DNA of 64,000 nucleotides, taken from the NCBI GenBank assembly GCA_964016885.1, contig OZ024750.1, forward strand, positions 32,798,001 through 32,862,000. The letters run 5' to 3'. The notes beneath the pieces are model-generated. The model had not been told where the DNA came from and did not search any database. It worked only from the letters and a program-made list of their open reading frames with translations. Numbering within the stretch: the stretch's first letter is position 1; each line of letters starts with the position of its first letter. This stretch comes from Eledone cirrhosa. Lineage: Eukaryota. Positions 1 to 13,669 of the stretch are shown here, piece by piece. The translations under genes and the position numbers were made by a program.

Positions 1-44
1 TGATGATGATGACATTGATGATAGTGACAATGACGATGATGACA

Positions 45-78
<34 letters not shown>

Positions 79-204
79 GGATAATGATGATGAAGATGTT
101 GATGATGATGATGATGATGACGATGATGATGGTGACAATGATGATGATGATGATGATGACAATGATGATGATGATAATGATGATGATGACAACATTGACA
201 ACAA

Positions 205-235
<31 letters not shown>

Positions 236-1048
236 TGTGGTGGTGGTGGTGGTGGTGGTGGTGGTGGTGGTGGTGGTGGTGGTGGTGTTGGTGGTTGTGG
301 TGGTGGTGGTGGTGATGGTGGTGGTAGTGTGGTGGTGGTGGTTGTGGTGGTGGTGGTAGTGTGGTGGTGGTGGTGGTGGTTGTGGTGGTGTTGGTGGTGG
401 TGGTGGTGGTGTTGGTGGTGGTGGTTGTGGTGGTGTTGGTAGTGTGGTGGTTGTGGTGGTGTTGGTGGTGGTAATGGTGGTAGTGGTGGTGGTGGTGGTG
501 GTGGTGGTGGTGTTGGTGGTTGTGGTTGTGGTGGTGGTGATGGTGGTGGTAGTGTGGTGGTGGTGGTTGTGGTTGTGGTGGTGTTGGTGGTGGTGGTGGT
601 GGTGGTGTTGGTGGTGGTGGTTGTGGTGGTGTTGGTAGTGTGGTGGTTGTGGTGGTGTTGGTGGTGGTAATGGTGGTAGTGGTGGTGGTGGTGGTGGTGG
701 TGGTGGTGGTAGTGTGGTGGTGGTGGTGGTGGTGGTGGTAGTGTGGTGGTGGTGGTGGTGGTGATGGTGGTGGTGGTGGTGGTGATGGTAGCAGTGGTGG
801 TGATGATGGTGATGATGGTGATGGTGGTTGTGGTGGTGGTGGTGTTGGTGGTGTTGGTTGTGGTGGTGGTGGTGGTGCTGTTGTTGGTGTTGGTGGTGGT
901 ATTGGTGGTGGTGGTGGTGTTGTTGTTGTTGTTGGTAGTGGTGGTGGTATCGGTGGTGTTGGTGGTGATGTTGGTGATGGTGGTGGTGGTGGTTCTGGTG
1001 GTGTTGGTGCTGTTGGTTGTGGTGGTGGTAATGGTGGTGGTGGTGGTG

Positions 1049-1080
<32 letters not shown>

Positions 1081-1085
1081 GGTGG

Positions 1086-1116
<31 letters not shown>

Positions 1117-1230
1117 GGTGTTGTTGTTGTTGGTGTTGTTGTTGTTGGTGGTGATGGTGTTGATGGTGTAGGTGGTGATGGTGTTGGTGGTAAAGGTGTT
1201 GGTGGTGGTGGTGGTGATAGTGGTGGTAAT
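1..1230. repeat. compound (TGA)n/(TGG)n/(TTG)n microsatellite field
   Basis: Visible trinucleotide runs; the poly-M/V/W ORFs are artefacts. Confidence 0.97.
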
Positions 1231-1332
1231 GGCAGCTGCAGGGGCGAGAATTATTTCTCTGTTAACTGTTAATTATGGTCGTAGGATTTTGATACCGATA
1301 TTTACAATTGTTTTTAGTTGTTTTTTTTTAGT

Positions 1333-1345
1333 TTATATATATGTA

Positions 1346-1432
<87 letters not shown>

Positions 1433-1779
1433 CTTTTTTTCAAATTGTTTTGGTAGTCGTTGCTGCTGTCATTTAGGTAATTAGGTTTGTTAGGAAATAA
1501 GTCTTTACTATATATATATATAAATACGTACATAGATATAGATATACATATATATATACAAATATTTATGTGTGTGTGTGCGTGCGTAAATATATATGTA
1601 TGTATATATATATTATATATATATGTGTGTGTGTGTGTATGTACATATATATATGTGTGTGTATGTACATATATATATATGTGTATGTACATATATATAT
1701 ATGTGTGTATGTACATATATATATATGTACATATGTACATATATATATATGTGTATGTATATATATATATGTGTGTGTG

Positions 1780-1811
<32 letters not shown>

Positions 1812-2043
1812 CATATATACATATATATATATACATATATATATATACATATATATACAAATATTTATATATATATATATACATATATGTACATTTATAT
1901 ATTTACATATATGTATATATATATTTACATTTATGTATATATATATATTTACATATACGTATATATATATTTACATATATGTATATATATATTTACGTAT
2001 ATATATATATATTTATATATATAAGTATATATGTGCATATAAG

Positions 2044-2075
<32 letters not shown>

Positions 2076-2290
2076 AAAATATATGTATATATATATATTT
2101 AAAAAAAAAATATATATATATATACTTATATATATATATAAAAGTATATATATATATATTTAAAAAAATATATATATATATTATACTTATATATATATAT
2201 ACTTATATATATATATATAAGTATATATATATATATTTGTTTTGCGAAGTGTTTGATATAAAATCGTGTGTAACAATATATATATATATT
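1333..2290. repeat. degenerate (TA)n/(TG)n microsatellite
   Basis: Visible dinucleotide runs. Confidence 0.97.
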
Positions 2291-2478
2291 TATTTAGGTT
2301 TGTTGGTTCACCACTGGATAGAACTGGTCATTCCATGTGGTCAACCTCAATGTAATATTATGGAGAGCACTCAATGTAATGCAACTCACCCGTCTTGTAG
2401 TTGGTGGTGCTAGTACGGAGTTAATTATTCTAAAATAACAGGAGGCTGGACTGGTGTACTTTCCTTAAAGGGTTTATT

Positions 2479-2536
2479 ATACTATAATCATTTCAATGAC
2501 CGGGTTCAGTATGAATCCTGTGACATCATCAGGTAT
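2479..2536 (-). ncRNA. hammerhead motif, inverted-arm copy
   Basis: Reverse complement of 2747-2804 with a few substitutions (stem III TGATTA). Confidence 0.65.
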
Positions 2537-2746
2537 TCAAAATATAACAAAGGAATATAATAGACAAAATCCATGGGGCTGAAAATCAGAGACGTGAGGT
2601 TGACCAAACTTATAGCAGCTTCTACCCCGGTCGGCCGCCCTCATGTGCATATAAGTATAGCAGCTTCTACCCCGGTCGGCCGCCCTCATGTCTCTGATTT
2701 TCAGCCCCATGGATTTTGTCTATTATATTCCTTTGTTATATTTCGA

Positions 2747-2804
2747 ATACCTGATGATGTCACAGGATTCATACTGAATCCGGTCATTGAAATGATCATA
2801 GTAT
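2747..2804 (+). ncRNA. minimal type I hammerhead ribozyme motif
   Basis: atac-CTGATGA-[tgtcacaGGATTCAtacTGAATCCggtcatt]-GAAA-TGATCA(palindrome)-TA-gtat; 4-bp stem I; AATAAA follows. Confidence 0.7.
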
Positions 2805-2874
2805 AATAAACCTTTTTAGGAATTACACCAGTCTAGCCTCCTGTTATTTTATAATATATATATAATATATATAT

Positions 2875-3268
2875 ATCATCATTCATCATTTCATTTTACG
2901 TCCACTTTTTCCCTGCTTGCAAGGGTGGGACAGGAACTGATTCTGGCTTGATTTCTACAGCTGGATGCCCTTCCTAACACCAACCTCATTTACAGTGAGT
3001 GCTGAGTGCTTTTTTTTATGTGGTGCCTACACATCCACTTTACAGTGAGTGCTGGGTGCTTTTTTGTCGTGGCACCTCCATGACGACTTTGCAGTGGAAT
3101 GATAGGGACCCCAGTCCCTATCATCTCATTTCTACAGCTGAGTAAACTGGAGCAATGTGAAATAAAGTGTCTTGCTCAAGGAAACAACACATCACCCGGT
3201 CTGAGAATTGAACTCACAACCTTTCGATTGCAAGGCCAATGCTCTAACCACTAAGCCATGTGCCTCCA
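2875..3268 (-). mobile_element. SINE family B (tRNA-derived head, RTE-type 3' tail)
   Basis: Minus strand GGAGGCACATGGCTTAGTGGTTAGAGC (A box) ... GAGTTCAATTC (B box) ... GGACGTAAAATGA(TGA)n; near-identical to the copies at 28776 and 31117. Confidence 0.9.
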
Positions 3269-3317
3269 TATATTATACTATATTATGTTATATATATATA
3301 TATATATATATATAACA

Positions 3318-3505
3318 TAATTGTTTCTACTTTAGGCACAAGGCCAGCAATTACCCAGTTCATTACTGGTACTTTATTTTATCGACCCCGTAAGGATGAA
3401 AGGAAAAGTCAACCTCGGCGGGATTTGAACTCAGATCGTAAAGGGACGTAACTATGCTGGAAAGCATGGCGTCCGACCCTCTACTGATACTGCCAATCCA
3501 CCACC
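3318..3505 (-). mobile_element. SINE family A (~185 bp, OR-type octopus SINE-like)
   Basis: GGTGGATTGGCAG...GAGTTCAAATCC (B box)...TTTCATCCTTACGGGGTCGATAAAATAAAGTACCAG...GAAACAATTAT; about 20 related copies in the window. Confidence 0.9.
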
Positions 3506-3829
3506 CTTTTATATATAACATAATATAGTATAATATAATAATATATGATATATGATAGTATAAGTTTTCTTTTAAGGAAGTAAAGGAAATTTGATTTTCC
3601 AATGGTCAGTAGATACTGTAAAGAAATGAAAACAAAACTTGTAATGAAATAACGATTGCCTTTGACTAGACCAAGCACAAGAACAATTCCTTAACCGATG
3701 TGGATATAATCTAAAAAAAGACTTCAGTCTATTGCCTTGCAGTCTTTTCTATTGATTTCTTGTATTGATTGATACAAGGCCACAGATTTGTAGGAATTCA
3801 GTATATCTTAAATGAAACTAACACCAACA

Positions 3830-5510
3830 AAGGAGCTCTTACTGGTTCATTCGATATGGTAGAAATAGCAGCCAACCCTCTTTAAATTTGTCTACCTTTC
3901 ACACCGATAAAGGAGATATAACTAGTTCATTTGATATGCTAGAAATAGCAGCCAATCTACCCCTTAACATATATATATCTACCCTTCACATCAACAAAGA
4001 AGCTCTTACTGGTTCATTTGATATGGCAGAAATAGCAGCCAACCAATCCCCTTAAATTTATCTATGCTTCACACCGATAAATCAGATATAACTAGTTCAT
4101 TTGATATGCTAGAAATAGCAGCCAACCCCCTTTAAATTTGTCTACCCTTCACACCGATAAAGGAGATATAACTAGTTCATTTGATATGCTAGAAATAGCA
4201 GCCAACCCCCTTTAAATTTGTCTACCCTTCACACCGATAAAGTAGATATAACTAGTTCATTTGATATGCTAGAAATAGCAGCCAATCTACCCCTTAACAT
4301 ATATATATCTACCCTTCACATCAACAAAGAAGCTCTTACTGGTTCATTTGATATGGCAGAAATAGCAGCCAACCAATCCCCTTAAATTTATCTATGCTTC
4401 ACACCGATAAATCAGATATAACTAGTTCATTTGATATGCTAGAAATAGCAGCCAATCTACCCTTAACATATATATCTACCCTTCACATCAACAAAGAAAA
4501 TCTTACTGGTTCATTTGATATGGTAGAAATAGCAGCCAGTTCACCATTGAATTTATCTAAATCTAAACCAACACAGAAGCTCTTACTGGTTCATTTGATA
4601 TGGTACAAATAGCAGCCAGTCTACCCTTAACATATATATCTACCCTTCACACCAACAAAGAAGCTGTTACTGGTTCATTTGACATGGTAGAAATAGCAGT
4701 CAATCTACCCTTAAATCATATCTACCCTTAACAGTGACAAGGGAACTTCTACTGGTTCATTTGATATGGTAGTAATATCAGTCAATCTACCCTTAAATCA
4801 TATCTACCCTTAACAGTGACAAGGGAACTTCTACTGGTTCATTTGATATGGTAGTAATATCAGTCAATCTACCCTTAAATCATATCTACCCTTAACAGTG
4901 ACAAGGGAACTTCTACTGGTTCATTTGATATGGTAGTAATATCAGTCAATCTACCCTTAAATCATATCTACCCTTAACAGTGACAAGGGAACTTCTACTG
5001 GTTCATTTGATATGGTAGTAATATCAGTCAATCTACCCTTAAATCATATCTACCCTTAACAGTGACAAGGGAACTTCTACTGGTTCATTTGATATGGTAG
5101 AAATAGCAGTCAATCTACCCTTAAATTATATCTACCCTTAACAGTGACAAGGGAACTTCTACTGGTTCATTTGATATGGTAGAAATAGCAGTCAATCTAC
5201 CCTTAAATTATATCTACCCTTTACATAGACACCAGGAGTTCATACTGGTTCTTTTGATATGGTAGAAACAGCAGCCAACCCACCCTTAAATTATATAATA
5301 CCCTTCATATCAACAAAGGAGCTCTTAGTGGTTCATTTAATAGGGTAAAAATAGCAGTCAATCTACCCTTAAATTATATCTACCCTTTACACGGGCACAG
5401 GAGCTCATACTGGTTTATTTGATATGGTAGAAATAGCAGCCAACCCACCGTTATCTCCTCTTCACAACAACAAAGGAGCTTCTAATGGTTCATTTGATAT
5501 AGTAGAAAAA
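3830..5510. repeat. ~82-bp minisatellite (~20 units)
   Basis: ACTGGTTCATTTGATATGGTAG recurs, e.g. at 4751 and 4833; followed by a 12-mer array (5512-5593) and an RTE-like tail (5645-5750). Confidence 0.93.
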
Positions 5511-6019
5511 GCATCTACACTTACATCTACACTTACATCTACACTTACATCTACACTTACATCTACACTTACATCTACACTTACATCTACACTTTATAGA
5601 TAGGAGAAGGACAAAATAGATAGCATAGATTTATCATTCTGTAACATGTCCAACCCTTGCTAGCATAGAAAACTGACTTTAAACAAGGATGATGATGATG
5701 ATGAAGATGATGATGATGATGAAGAAGTGATGATGATGATGAGGAAGATTGATGCTAACCAACTTGATTTATAAACCAAAATATTTTGATTAATTAATAA
5801 ATATTTTAATTAGTTAATTAATTAGTTAGTAAACAAAGGAAATTTAACTAATTAATTAAAATTACACCTACATTGTTGAGAGCAATTATTTTCTAAATGA
5901 CTAATTCACATTAAAATTGCCAACTCACAAATTATAATTAATTAATGTAAAAATTCATCAAATATGAAATGTAGTAGGGAGTCCTCAGATTTCTTACAAT
6001 TTTTGATCTGTCAATGGTA

Positions 6020-6340
6020 TCTTCTTTCTTCTTCTTGCTCTTGCTTGACGAGGCCGGGGTCATCCTCAGCCAGCAGTCCCAAAGTATCATCGTGAGTAGA
6101 GCCAACCAGATCTATCAGTGCCCTCCATCACTGGAACTCCTGTGCCAGCTCCTCTGCATCCTCCAAGGTGATGTTGAACTTCCAGAAATTTTCCCTGATG
6201 ATATCCAGCTATCTGGTTTGGGGCCTCTTGCAGGGCCTCTTCCAGCCTACAGCCACTGCGTCGAATGAGAGTAAGGCCCTGGTAGGATTATCTGGTGGAA
6301 AACGGAGGACATGTCTGTACCAACACAAGCGGTGGATGGT
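6020..6340 (-). mobile_element. RTE-like LINE 3' fragment
   Basis: Minus strand reads RLCWYRHVLR (an RLRWYGHV-like C-terminal motif) and ends in a (AAG)n-like tail. Confidence 0.55.
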
Positions 6341-6899
6341 ATAGATAAATAAATTGATTCCAATATATTATTGGCATGGATTATACAGAGTTCTTATGGT
6401 TTTATAACTTTTGATACTTTGCTGCCAAAAACCTATCACTGGTTCTATAAAACACACAAATATTTTAAAGGGTTCCTATTTAAATTTGAAGCTGCAGGGG
6501 AATCAATCTTACTGTATTCCTGTGAATCATGGTTGATGACAGTACCTATCACCAAAGCTTTAAATCAGGCATGGGCAAACTGCAGCTCATGGGTTGCTGC
6601 ACATGAATGCTAAGAAGGATAAAAAACATAAAACCTCTCAACTGTATTACAAATTTCATTACAGCAACCTCCAGCCAATTAGCCACACCATATCAGATGT
6701 CTTCGACTTGCAGGATATATCATGAGAGGCAACAAACCTGTTACAAATCTTTTACTATGGGAAACCTCTCAAGACATTATAGAGAGTCATGGAGGGAGGT
6801 CAAGAACTGAAGCAGTTAATGTTGGACAGTGTGAGATGGAAAGGCTTTATCATGTCACAACGTAGTAGTTGAAGTAGTAGTAGTAGTAGTAGTAGTTGT

Positions 6900-6943
<44 letters not shown>

Positions 6944-6963
6944 TAGTAGTAGTAGTAGTAGTA

Positions 6964-7029
6964 GAATTTAGATTAAAACCTTTGAATATTATTTTATATG
7001 AAAATATTCAAAGGTTTTAATCTAAATTC
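6964..7029. repeat. perfect 27-bp-arm hairpin
   Basis: GAATTTAGATTAAAACCTTTGAATATT / AATATTCAAAGGTTTTAATCTAAATTC with a 12-nt loop. Confidence 0.9.
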
Positions 7030-7215
7030 GGTGGATTGGCAGTATCGGTAGAGGGTTGGACGCCATGCTTTGCAGCACAGTTACGTCTCTTTACAGACTG
7101 AGTTCAAATCACGCCGAGGTTAACTTTGCCTTTCATCCTTACGGGATCGATAAAATAAAGTACCAGTAATACACTGGGGTAATTGCTGGCCTTGTGCCAA
7201 AAGTAGAAACAATTA
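7030..7215 (+). mobile_element. SINE family A
   Basis: Matches the family consensus. Confidence 0.9.
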
Positions 7216-7653
7216 TTTTATATAAAAATGTTTTGTTAGAAATAGCATCTTCATTATGAAATAAATAATAATGGAATTAAATCCCTCCTCCTCAAAATTC
7301 TTGATGACTTTATCAAAATAGTCATGAAATAGTCATGAAAAGATTAAGGTCAAAGTCCAGAGGAAATTTGAACTCAAAGACATAAGGTCATCAACTTTCC
7401 TACAAATAAATCAATTCCGATTTTCACTCTCTCTAACATCTAAACGTCTACTTTGAAAAGTGTGAACTAAAGAGAGAAACTATACGTGGCCAATCAATCT
7501 TTTAGAAATAACAGCCAATTCTTCCTGAAATTTCCTGCCCAACATCATCACCACCATCATCATCGTAAGAAAGTAGGATACTTTGGATAATGTGGTCTTG
7601 GAGGCACATTCTCTGTGAAAAAGATTATAGTCAGCGTAGGTTTACTGATTTAA

Positions 7654-7874
7654 CCCTTTAGCATTTACATTACTCTATATTTACTATTATATTTTCATGA
7701 TAAAGGCTTTATCTCACATAATTATCTCACATAATATCGAACCTATGAGGTCTTGATATTATTTATTGTGAGAACAATACCTTAACATTAGTATGAGCGG
7801 CTGGTTACAGCTGGTTTAAACAGAAAGAAGCGAGAAAATCCTGGCTAGATATGGCTAGTTTAAATGCTAAGGGG
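7654..7874 (+). mobile_element. piggyBac-like MITE
   Basis: TTAA|CCCTTTAGCATTTA ... TAAATGCTAAGGGG|TTAA; 8 copies in the window. Confidence 0.85.
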
Positions 7875-10800
7875 TTAAGGCTGACCTGGAGGCTAGACAA
7901 CATCTCTGTAACTCTGTCTGTAAAGATCTCATAACTCCATGTGGAGTCGTAGAGGCACCATTATATGGTGTGTCAAGGGCACTTTTTAAACCTAGTGGAG
8001 CCCAACCCTCTCCAAGTCTGAACACAGCCGATTTTTTTTTATAGAGGAAGAATCAACCCCAGTACTAGACTGGACTGGTACTTATTTTATCAACCTCCAA
8101 AGGATAAAAGGCAAAGTTGACCACGGCGGGATTTGTACTCAGAGCACGCAATGAGTTGGGACAAATACTATAAAGCATTCTATCCAATGTCTTAATGATT
8201 ATACAACATTAACAACCTTCAAAATTACTCAGACTGGGATGTTCTTGTCTTTCTCAAGTCTTCTTAATCTCTGTTCTCTGCTCTGCTGAACATAGACGCA
8301 TGTCATGATAATTTTAGTGACGGATCAATTTTTTTTTTTTTTTGGTGGTGGTGGTGGGAAGGGGGAGGGGTATGATGTGTCTGACAAGTGACCTGATCTA
8401 AGACTGTGTGTTAAAACTAAAACAATTATTATGTGGAAGATAAATTTTAGCCATTTAAAATCACAAAACTGTTAGCTTTACTTTATATACATCCTTTATT
8501 TCTTGGTTTGAAAACCTTTATTTCCATGTTTCCTACCTGGTCATTGACACTGTTCCACGGCATTGTTACAAAAATATCTGTGGAATGGTTTGCTAGACCC
8601 TGGTCAACACTTTTCTGCATTTCTGGAGAATCGGTCACTGTGAAGGACCCTACTAGCAGAGCAATAGATCGATGTAGCCAATTATGAGATAGAGAGAAAT
8701 TTAACTCCAGTATTTAACGGGTATGGCAGTGAATTGGAAGTCATTAGAATGTCAGATAGAATGCTTTGCAGTATTTATTTATGCTCTCCGAGTTGAAATC
8801 CTGCCAAGGTCAGGCTGCTATAATTTAAAGTGATTGACTATTGTTTCAATCATTTGCGTTGGGACAACTACTTTTCAAATTTCAAATTTTTCCAATGCTT
8901 CTTAAGTCAACCAATTGTTTGAACTTTAAGTATATTTTATATTCTACTTTTATACTAAACTATCCAAAAGGTTTATGCTCAAGAGAGTCATAATATGTAG
9001 AGTAAGTCTTTACACAATGTATTCCTCATATATCTAATATTGTCTTCTGTGTTGTTGATTTTCGTTGTTTCATCCTAGGTTGGCACATCATCAAATCCAT
9101 CCCAACAAAAACTGCCCAATCTTTTTGTTTATCTAAAACTATTAATAAAAGTTCTCTGTTTCTTATGGTAGAGGGTAGTTTGAGGAATATCCGGCTGCTA
9201 TTTATAGCAAGCTGTAAAACTGTGAGGCAACCTAATTGATTGATTCTACTTTTTTCAGATTAAGTTGTGTCAAACTATATGGCGGAGAATTGACAGAATC
9301 ATTAGAACATCAGATAGGACTCTACTCTCTGAGTTCAAATCCCACCAAGGTCGATAAAAAAGTATCAATCAAGTACTGGGGTTGATTCTTCCTCTATCTC
9401 TTTTTCTCTCTTTCATTGTCTCAGTTTCTATCCTTCTCTGGAAGAAATCTGCTTCATTCATACCTGGAGAGGAGACGGGCTCTGCCAGGTTTCAAAAGTG
9501 CCCTAGAAACACTATATGTCAACACGCAGCCCCTACAACTCTATCAGTAATTACAAGACCATACACTCAATGTGTTACTAAATATTTTGTGATAGCAATC
9601 CTTAAAAAATACAACTAATTGGTAACAAGTATAACTAATTGGCAGTGTAATTTTCTTCAGTCCATTGCCTTTTGGAATACATTGCTTTTGTAGGCAGATT
9701 TGGCATTGTCTCAAGAATATATCTTGGCAGTATTCCAACTGTATATATACACAGACCATACAGAGTATGCCAATTTTAGAGATGGCATTCATCTCTATTA
9801 GGCATATTGTATTATAGCTTGAGAACTGGAAAAATATGTTCCTAAAATTAAAATACGGAGAGATTTTACTTCTCAATAATCAGGTTGGTCAGTTTGTAAG
9901 GAAGCATTCATATTGGTTTCTGTGTGTGTGTGTATTTTCTTGGCTTGTGTGTGTGTATTTTCATTTGTATGTGTGTGTGTGTATGTATTTTGATTTGTGT
10001 GTGTGTGTATGTATTTTATTGATTTGTGCATATGGATGTATGTGTATATTGGTTTGTGTGTATATATGTATTTTATTTATTTGTATGTGTGTATTTATTG
10101 TATTGGTTTGTGTGTGTGTGTGGTGTATTTATTTTATTGGGAAATGTGTGTATGTATGCATGCATATTATTGATTGTGTGTGTGTCTTTTTATTGGCTCG
10201 TGTATATAACATCCTAATTTTTGAATAATATTTTTATTGATTATAGATTTCTAACAAACCAATTACTTATTTACTGCTTTCCTAACAACAAATGTAACAA
10301 GGAAGTATTTGCAAGCTGGTGTAGAACAAATATCAAACTTCTTCTAGCCATATGATATATGCACAATGGCTAGAAAGAGAGAGATTGGTGAGCCAGACTA
10401 AGGCATCTTTTGTAGTATTATGGATTGCCTCCAGTGAAGACTGTAAATTTGGCTGGGTATTTTACAGTTAGATGTCCTTCCTAACACCAACTACATTTAC
10501 AGTGTGGGACTGGATGGCTCCATCACTAGGAGGGACAGGCCAGTTGGCCACACTGAACCCATCTCACAATGGAATCATAGTTTTGGAGCCTGACCCATTT
10601 CACAGCAGAACCATAGTTTAGGAGCCTGGTACTGGATGGCACTAATACAACTAGCTTGACCCATCTCACAACATAGACACCGTTTTTAGGGCCCACAACA
10701 TCAAAATATCAAATGATCAACAAGAATACCCAAAACTGGTATATTACAAAGTCCAGTGCTGCATGTTATTTTAGGAAAAGTATATAATATATTATTATGT

Positions 10801-12063
10801 TTGGGAATGGTCATGTTACCAGTATTGCCAACACATGCATCATATGATTTTCACTTTTTCGTTATTACTAGGTATTAGTTATTTCATCAAAGTTCTTTTC
10901 ATCACATACACTGTGACCTTTTCAATAGCTATCTATATAATATAAACTTTGTATTACATTAATTTATTGACAACAAAAGTCACTTGCACTTTAAACTGAG
11001 TGCCTAGAACCCACTGCCATAATATTGTTCTAATTATATGCTAGAAAGCAAATTTGAAATAAAAAATAAAAAAGACTCCACTTATAAAGACTCCACTGGT
11101 AAAGAAACATAGGTATAAATAACAACAAAATTTAAAATTAAATACTACATTGTGAAGAAATAATTTTAGGGCAACAACTTGAAATAAATACAAAGAACTT
11201 TTTTTTTAATTCTGTCTATAAATAAGTATTTGAATAGAACTAAATTTTCTATTGATGCACTTTCTCTCAAACTGATAAGCTCTTATTCTAAATATAAAGA
11301 AAAATAAGGTATAATCTTTGGCTTAGAAAGAAAGATGGTGGTTTATTTACCTGAAGTAATAACCTAAATTTTTCATTGTATATTTAATAATTACACTACT
11401 TTAATTGATTCTTTACTTCATGAAGAAGATGAAAAAATTGGTTTGAGACTGACATTAAAATTTATAGAACAATTAGCAAAAAAAGGACTCATTTTTAGAA
11501 AAATATGTTAAAAGATATATTCACAATTTATTCATGTGTCTATATATGTTCAAAACTACTTAGAAAATATATATTTTTATTTTATATAATCTGATATTTT
11601 CAGTGGAGGTTTAAACTTTAAAAATAGACTTTGTTGTCAGATTTTATCTTGCAGTGAAGTAAGTCTAGACATAAAACTAATAAACTGTCTCTAATTTAGT
11701 CATCTAGCTTTACAACACATCTGCTTCTTTTGTGAAATTGAATTATCTTCATGTTGAGGCGAAGAGTAGGAGGTGTACGAACAAGTATTGCATTGTTCAA
11801 AACATCTCTCTAATTTATTTAGTTGAAATGATGCTGTATTTCTGAAACTGTTTCTAATCAGCTCAGTTTAATTAGCTGTAGAAAGTTCTGGAATATTGAA
11901 ACATTCTTCTTAGATCAATCTATTTAGAAGATAAGGAATCATTCTTAATAATTCATAAATGAGGACTTTGCATTAAAAAATGATATCTAGGATAATTGCT
12001 CAAGTAAGTTATGTAAAGTTAATGCTTCTTTACACTAGTTTCACTTTAATATTGAAGCTTTAA

Positions 12064-12281
12064 TCCTTTAGCATTTACATTACTCTATATTTACTATTGT
12101 ATTTTTTCAGTAAAGGCTTTATCTCATATAATTATCTAACATAATATCGAAACTATGAGATTTTGGTATTAATTTTGAGAAGAATACCTTGATGTCAGTA
12201 GGAGGGCTTGGATATGGCCAGTTGTAACAGCAAGAGGTGAGAGAATTCAGGCCGGATATGGCCGGTTTAAATGTGAAAGGG
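12064..12281 (+). mobile_element. piggyBac-like MITE
   Basis: Same family, TTAA on both sides. Confidence 0.8.
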
Positions 12282-12309
12282 TTAACATATAGACATCTCA
12301 ATCATTTGA

Positions 12310-12565
12310 GTTTTAGACAAAAGATGCTGTATTTCTGAAACTGTTTCTAATCAGCTCAGTTTGATTAGCTGTTGAATGTCTCAATCATTTAAGTTTTAGA
12401 CAAAAGATGCTGTATTTCTGAAACTGTTTCTAATCAGCTCGGTTTAATTAGCTGTTGAATGTCTCAATCATTTGAGTTTTAGACAAAAGATGCTGTATTT
12501 CTGAAACTGTTTCTAATCAGCTCAGTTTAATTAGCTGTAGAATGTCTCAATCGTTTGAGTTTTAC
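12310..12565. repeat. 83-bp tandem repeat x3
   Basis: TTTTAGAC at 12311, 12394, 12477; a partial extra copy at ~11830-11882. Confidence 0.9.
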
Positions 12566-13669
12566 AAAAAAATGTCTTGTAGTATTTTAATTGTAGTATT
12601 TTTGATTTCAGATCCTGTACAAAGTCAACTGAATCTTTTTTTTTTCTGGAGGTCGATAAAATAAAGTACTATATTGCATCCTGACTATAAATAGAATTAT
12701 AATAGAAGAAGGATTACATTTATGTATTTGTTTTGCAAGATTCTTAATGTGTAATTGTGTGTTGAAACCAATATTGTTATATTTAGAGATGGTCATGTTG
12801 CCAATATTGCCAATAAAAAGAAACACACATACCATATGATTTTCACTTTTCCACTTTATCTTAATTGCTAATTATTTGGTTAGTTAATCAAAGTTCTTTC
12901 ATCACACATTCTGTGACCTCCCCAGAGACATTTGTTCTCTTTTGTGCCTCCTCTTCTTTCTGGCCTTAATCTGTTACTTCAACATGTCTTTTGTTTTGTG
13001 GCATATTCTTAGTGATTGCTATTGCATAAACCCTCACTATTAATAATTGTTTCTACTTTAGGCACAAGGTCAGCAATTACCCAGTGCATTACTGGTACTT
13101 TATTTTATCGACCCCGTAAGGATGACAGGCAAAGTCAACCTCACTAATAATAATGATTTCTACTTTAGGTACAAGACCAGTAACACTTTGTGCGAAGGGA
13201 AAGTTAATTAAATCCGCCCAGTACTTGACTGGTACAATGTTTTATCGACCCCAGAAGGAAAAAAGGCAAAGTCAATCTTGGCAGGATTTGAACTCAACAT
13301 GTAGAGGTCTGTAATAAAATACTGCAATACATTTCTTCTGACAAAAGAAGGATTCTGTGAATCCACCACATTCTGATTATTACTAACAGAAGAAGCTCTA
13401 ACACTCTTACCATAGTGAACATGATAAATCTAATCAATGAAGATTATATGGAATTGAAGAATGGTAAGTTGACGATGTTTCTACTGGAGGGTTCCACTAT
13501 GTTTGTTATGTTATAAGAAGGATCTAAAATAAGTTATCAATATTTGTTGATATATTCCCAATACACTTATTTTGTAATTCTTTGCTAGTCTCAGTCATTG
13601 AACTGTAGCTATGCTGAGATATTACCTTCAAAGTACACTCTGTAAAGTAGTAATGCTCATGTTATGATA

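Larger units (their letters stand above)
2426..2856. mobile_element. fold-back insert (~175-bp inverted arms), probable Penelope-like pseudo-LTR remnant
   Basis: Arms 2426-2600 and 2684-2856 are near-perfect reverse complements; the spacer holds a 36-nt direct repeat (2611-2646, 2656-2691); each arm carries a hammerhead motif. Confidence 0.75.

Noticed and set aside
3830-5510. CRISPR-like periodicity in this and other arrays
   Set aside because: Units repeat in full with no unique spacers; eukaryotic context; no cas genes
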